A stretch of 64,000 nucleotides of DNA from Malacoraja senta (Eukaryota): assembly GCA_038087875.1 (NCBI GenBank), contig CM075997.1:8496001-8560000 (forward strand). The letters are read 5' to 3'. The translations under genes and the position numbers were made by a program. This document shows, piece after piece, positions 62,569 through 64,000 of this stretch; the first letter of the stretch is position 1; each line of letters begins with the position of its first letter. A model generated the notes under the pieces. That model made no database searches and was not told where the DNA came from. It saw only the letters and a list, made by a program, of their open reading frames with translations.

Positions 62569-63940
62569 ATGGGGATGACGGGGAATTATAGACCAGTTAG
62601 CCTGACATCAGTAGTGGGAAAGATGCTGGAGTCAATTATTAAAGTAGTAATGGCGAATTTGGATAGCAGTAAAAGGATTGGTCCAAGTCAGCATGGATTT
62701 ATGAAGGGGAAATCCTGCTTGACTAATCTTCTGGAATTTTTTGAGGATGTGACAAGTAAAATGGATGAAGGAGAGCCAGTGGATGTTATATATCTGGACT
62801 TTCAGAAAGCCTTTGATAAGCCCCCACACAGGAGATTAATGGGCAAAATTAGAGCACATGGTATTGGCGGTAGGGTATTGACATGGATAGAGAATTGGTT
62901 GGCAGACAGGAAACAAAGAGTAGGAATAAACGGGTCCCTGTCAGAATGGCAGGCAGTGCCGAGTGGAGTGCCGCAAGGCTCGGTGCTGAGGCCGCAACCA
63001 TTTACAATAATGATTTAGATGATGGAATTAAAAGTAACACGAGCAAATTTGTAGATGACACAAAGCTGGGTGGCAGTGTGATCTGCGAAGATGATGCTAT
63101 GAGCTTGCAGGGTGACTTGGACAGGTTGAGTGAGTGAGCAGATGCATAGCAAATGCAGTATAATGTAGATAAATGTGAGGCAACGACAAGGAGGTAGATT
63201 ATTATCTCAATTGTGTCAGATTAGGAAAAAGGGAAGTGCAACGAGACCTGGGTGTCCTTGCACACCGGTCACTGAAAGTAAACATGCAGGTGGCAGGCAG
63301 TGAAGAAGGCTAATGGCATGTTGGCCTGCATAACGAGAGGATTTGAGTAAAGGAGTAAAGAGGTCCTGCAGTTGTACAGGGCCCTGGTGAGACCACATCT
63401 GGAGTATTGTGTGCAGTTTTGGTCTGCTAATTTGAGGTAGGACATTCTTGCTATTGAGGCAGTGCAGCGTAGGTTCACGAGTTTACTCCCCGGGATGGCG
63501 GGACTATCATATGAGGAAAGATTGGAAAGATTGGGCTTGTATTCATTGGAATTTGGGGGGATGAGAGGGGATCTTATAGAAACACATAAAATTATAATAG
63601 GACTGGACATGCTAGATGCAGGAAAAATGGAATCCAGAACCAGGCCACAGTCTAAGAACAAAGGGGAGGCCATTTAAACTGAGATGAGAAACAACTTTTT
63701 CACCCAGAGAGTTGTGAATTTGTGGAATTCTCTGCCACAGAAGGCAGTAGAGGCCAATTCAATGGATGAATTTAAAAGAGAGTTAGATAGAGCTCTTGGG
63801 GTTAGCAGAATCATGGGATATGGGGATAAGGCAGGCACGGGTTACTGATTGTGGATGATCAGCCATGATCACAATGAATGGCGGTGGTGGCTCAAAGGGC
63901 CAAATGGCATCTTCCTACACCTATTTTAAATGTTTCTATG
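62569..63940 (+). mobile_element. CR1 LINE 3' portion, degenerate RT
   Basis: ORF 62569-63018 (NYRPVSLTS...VPQGSVL), downstream stops and the CR1 3' UTR. Confidence 0.93.
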
Positions 63941-64000
63941 CCCCATCTACACTATTCACTCTACCTATTCCCCTCAACATTTTATGCACTTGCAGAACTT

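Overview
Eukaryotic, transposon-saturated vertebrate DNA. It is most likely from a cartilaginous fish such as a skate or ray, inferred from HER1-like CR1 LINEs, HE1-like V-SINEs and Neptune-type Penelope elements. There is one 200-N gap at 18682-18881. Nearly all long ORFs are TE-derived or arise from a 40-bp satellite. Host-gene signal is limited to one well-formed caspase-2-like exon (13468-13577), two head-to-head C2H2 zinc-finger pseudogenes (20045-21510) and a CpG/YY1-rich putative promoter with first exon (60243-60541). The rest resolves into nested insertions with readable junctions. A hAT element (21582-31409) contains DIRS-A, which contains Rex1 and two CR1s. A split CR1 contains DIRS-B (34233-58657), which holds two CR1s, an RT-deleted Gypsy (itself holding DIRS-C in its LTR) and a CsRN1-like Gypsy. 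I found no convincing wholly new multi-gene system. The best leads are mechanistic: DIRS integration through an A(A/C)T core with an empty site in the window, a UUUAAAC -1 frameshift signal at the CR1 ORF1/ORF2 junction, hammerhead motifs in Penelope repeats, a 64-bp templated insertion, and an unclassified non-autonomous retroposon. All family names come from motif recognition by eye, not database searches.
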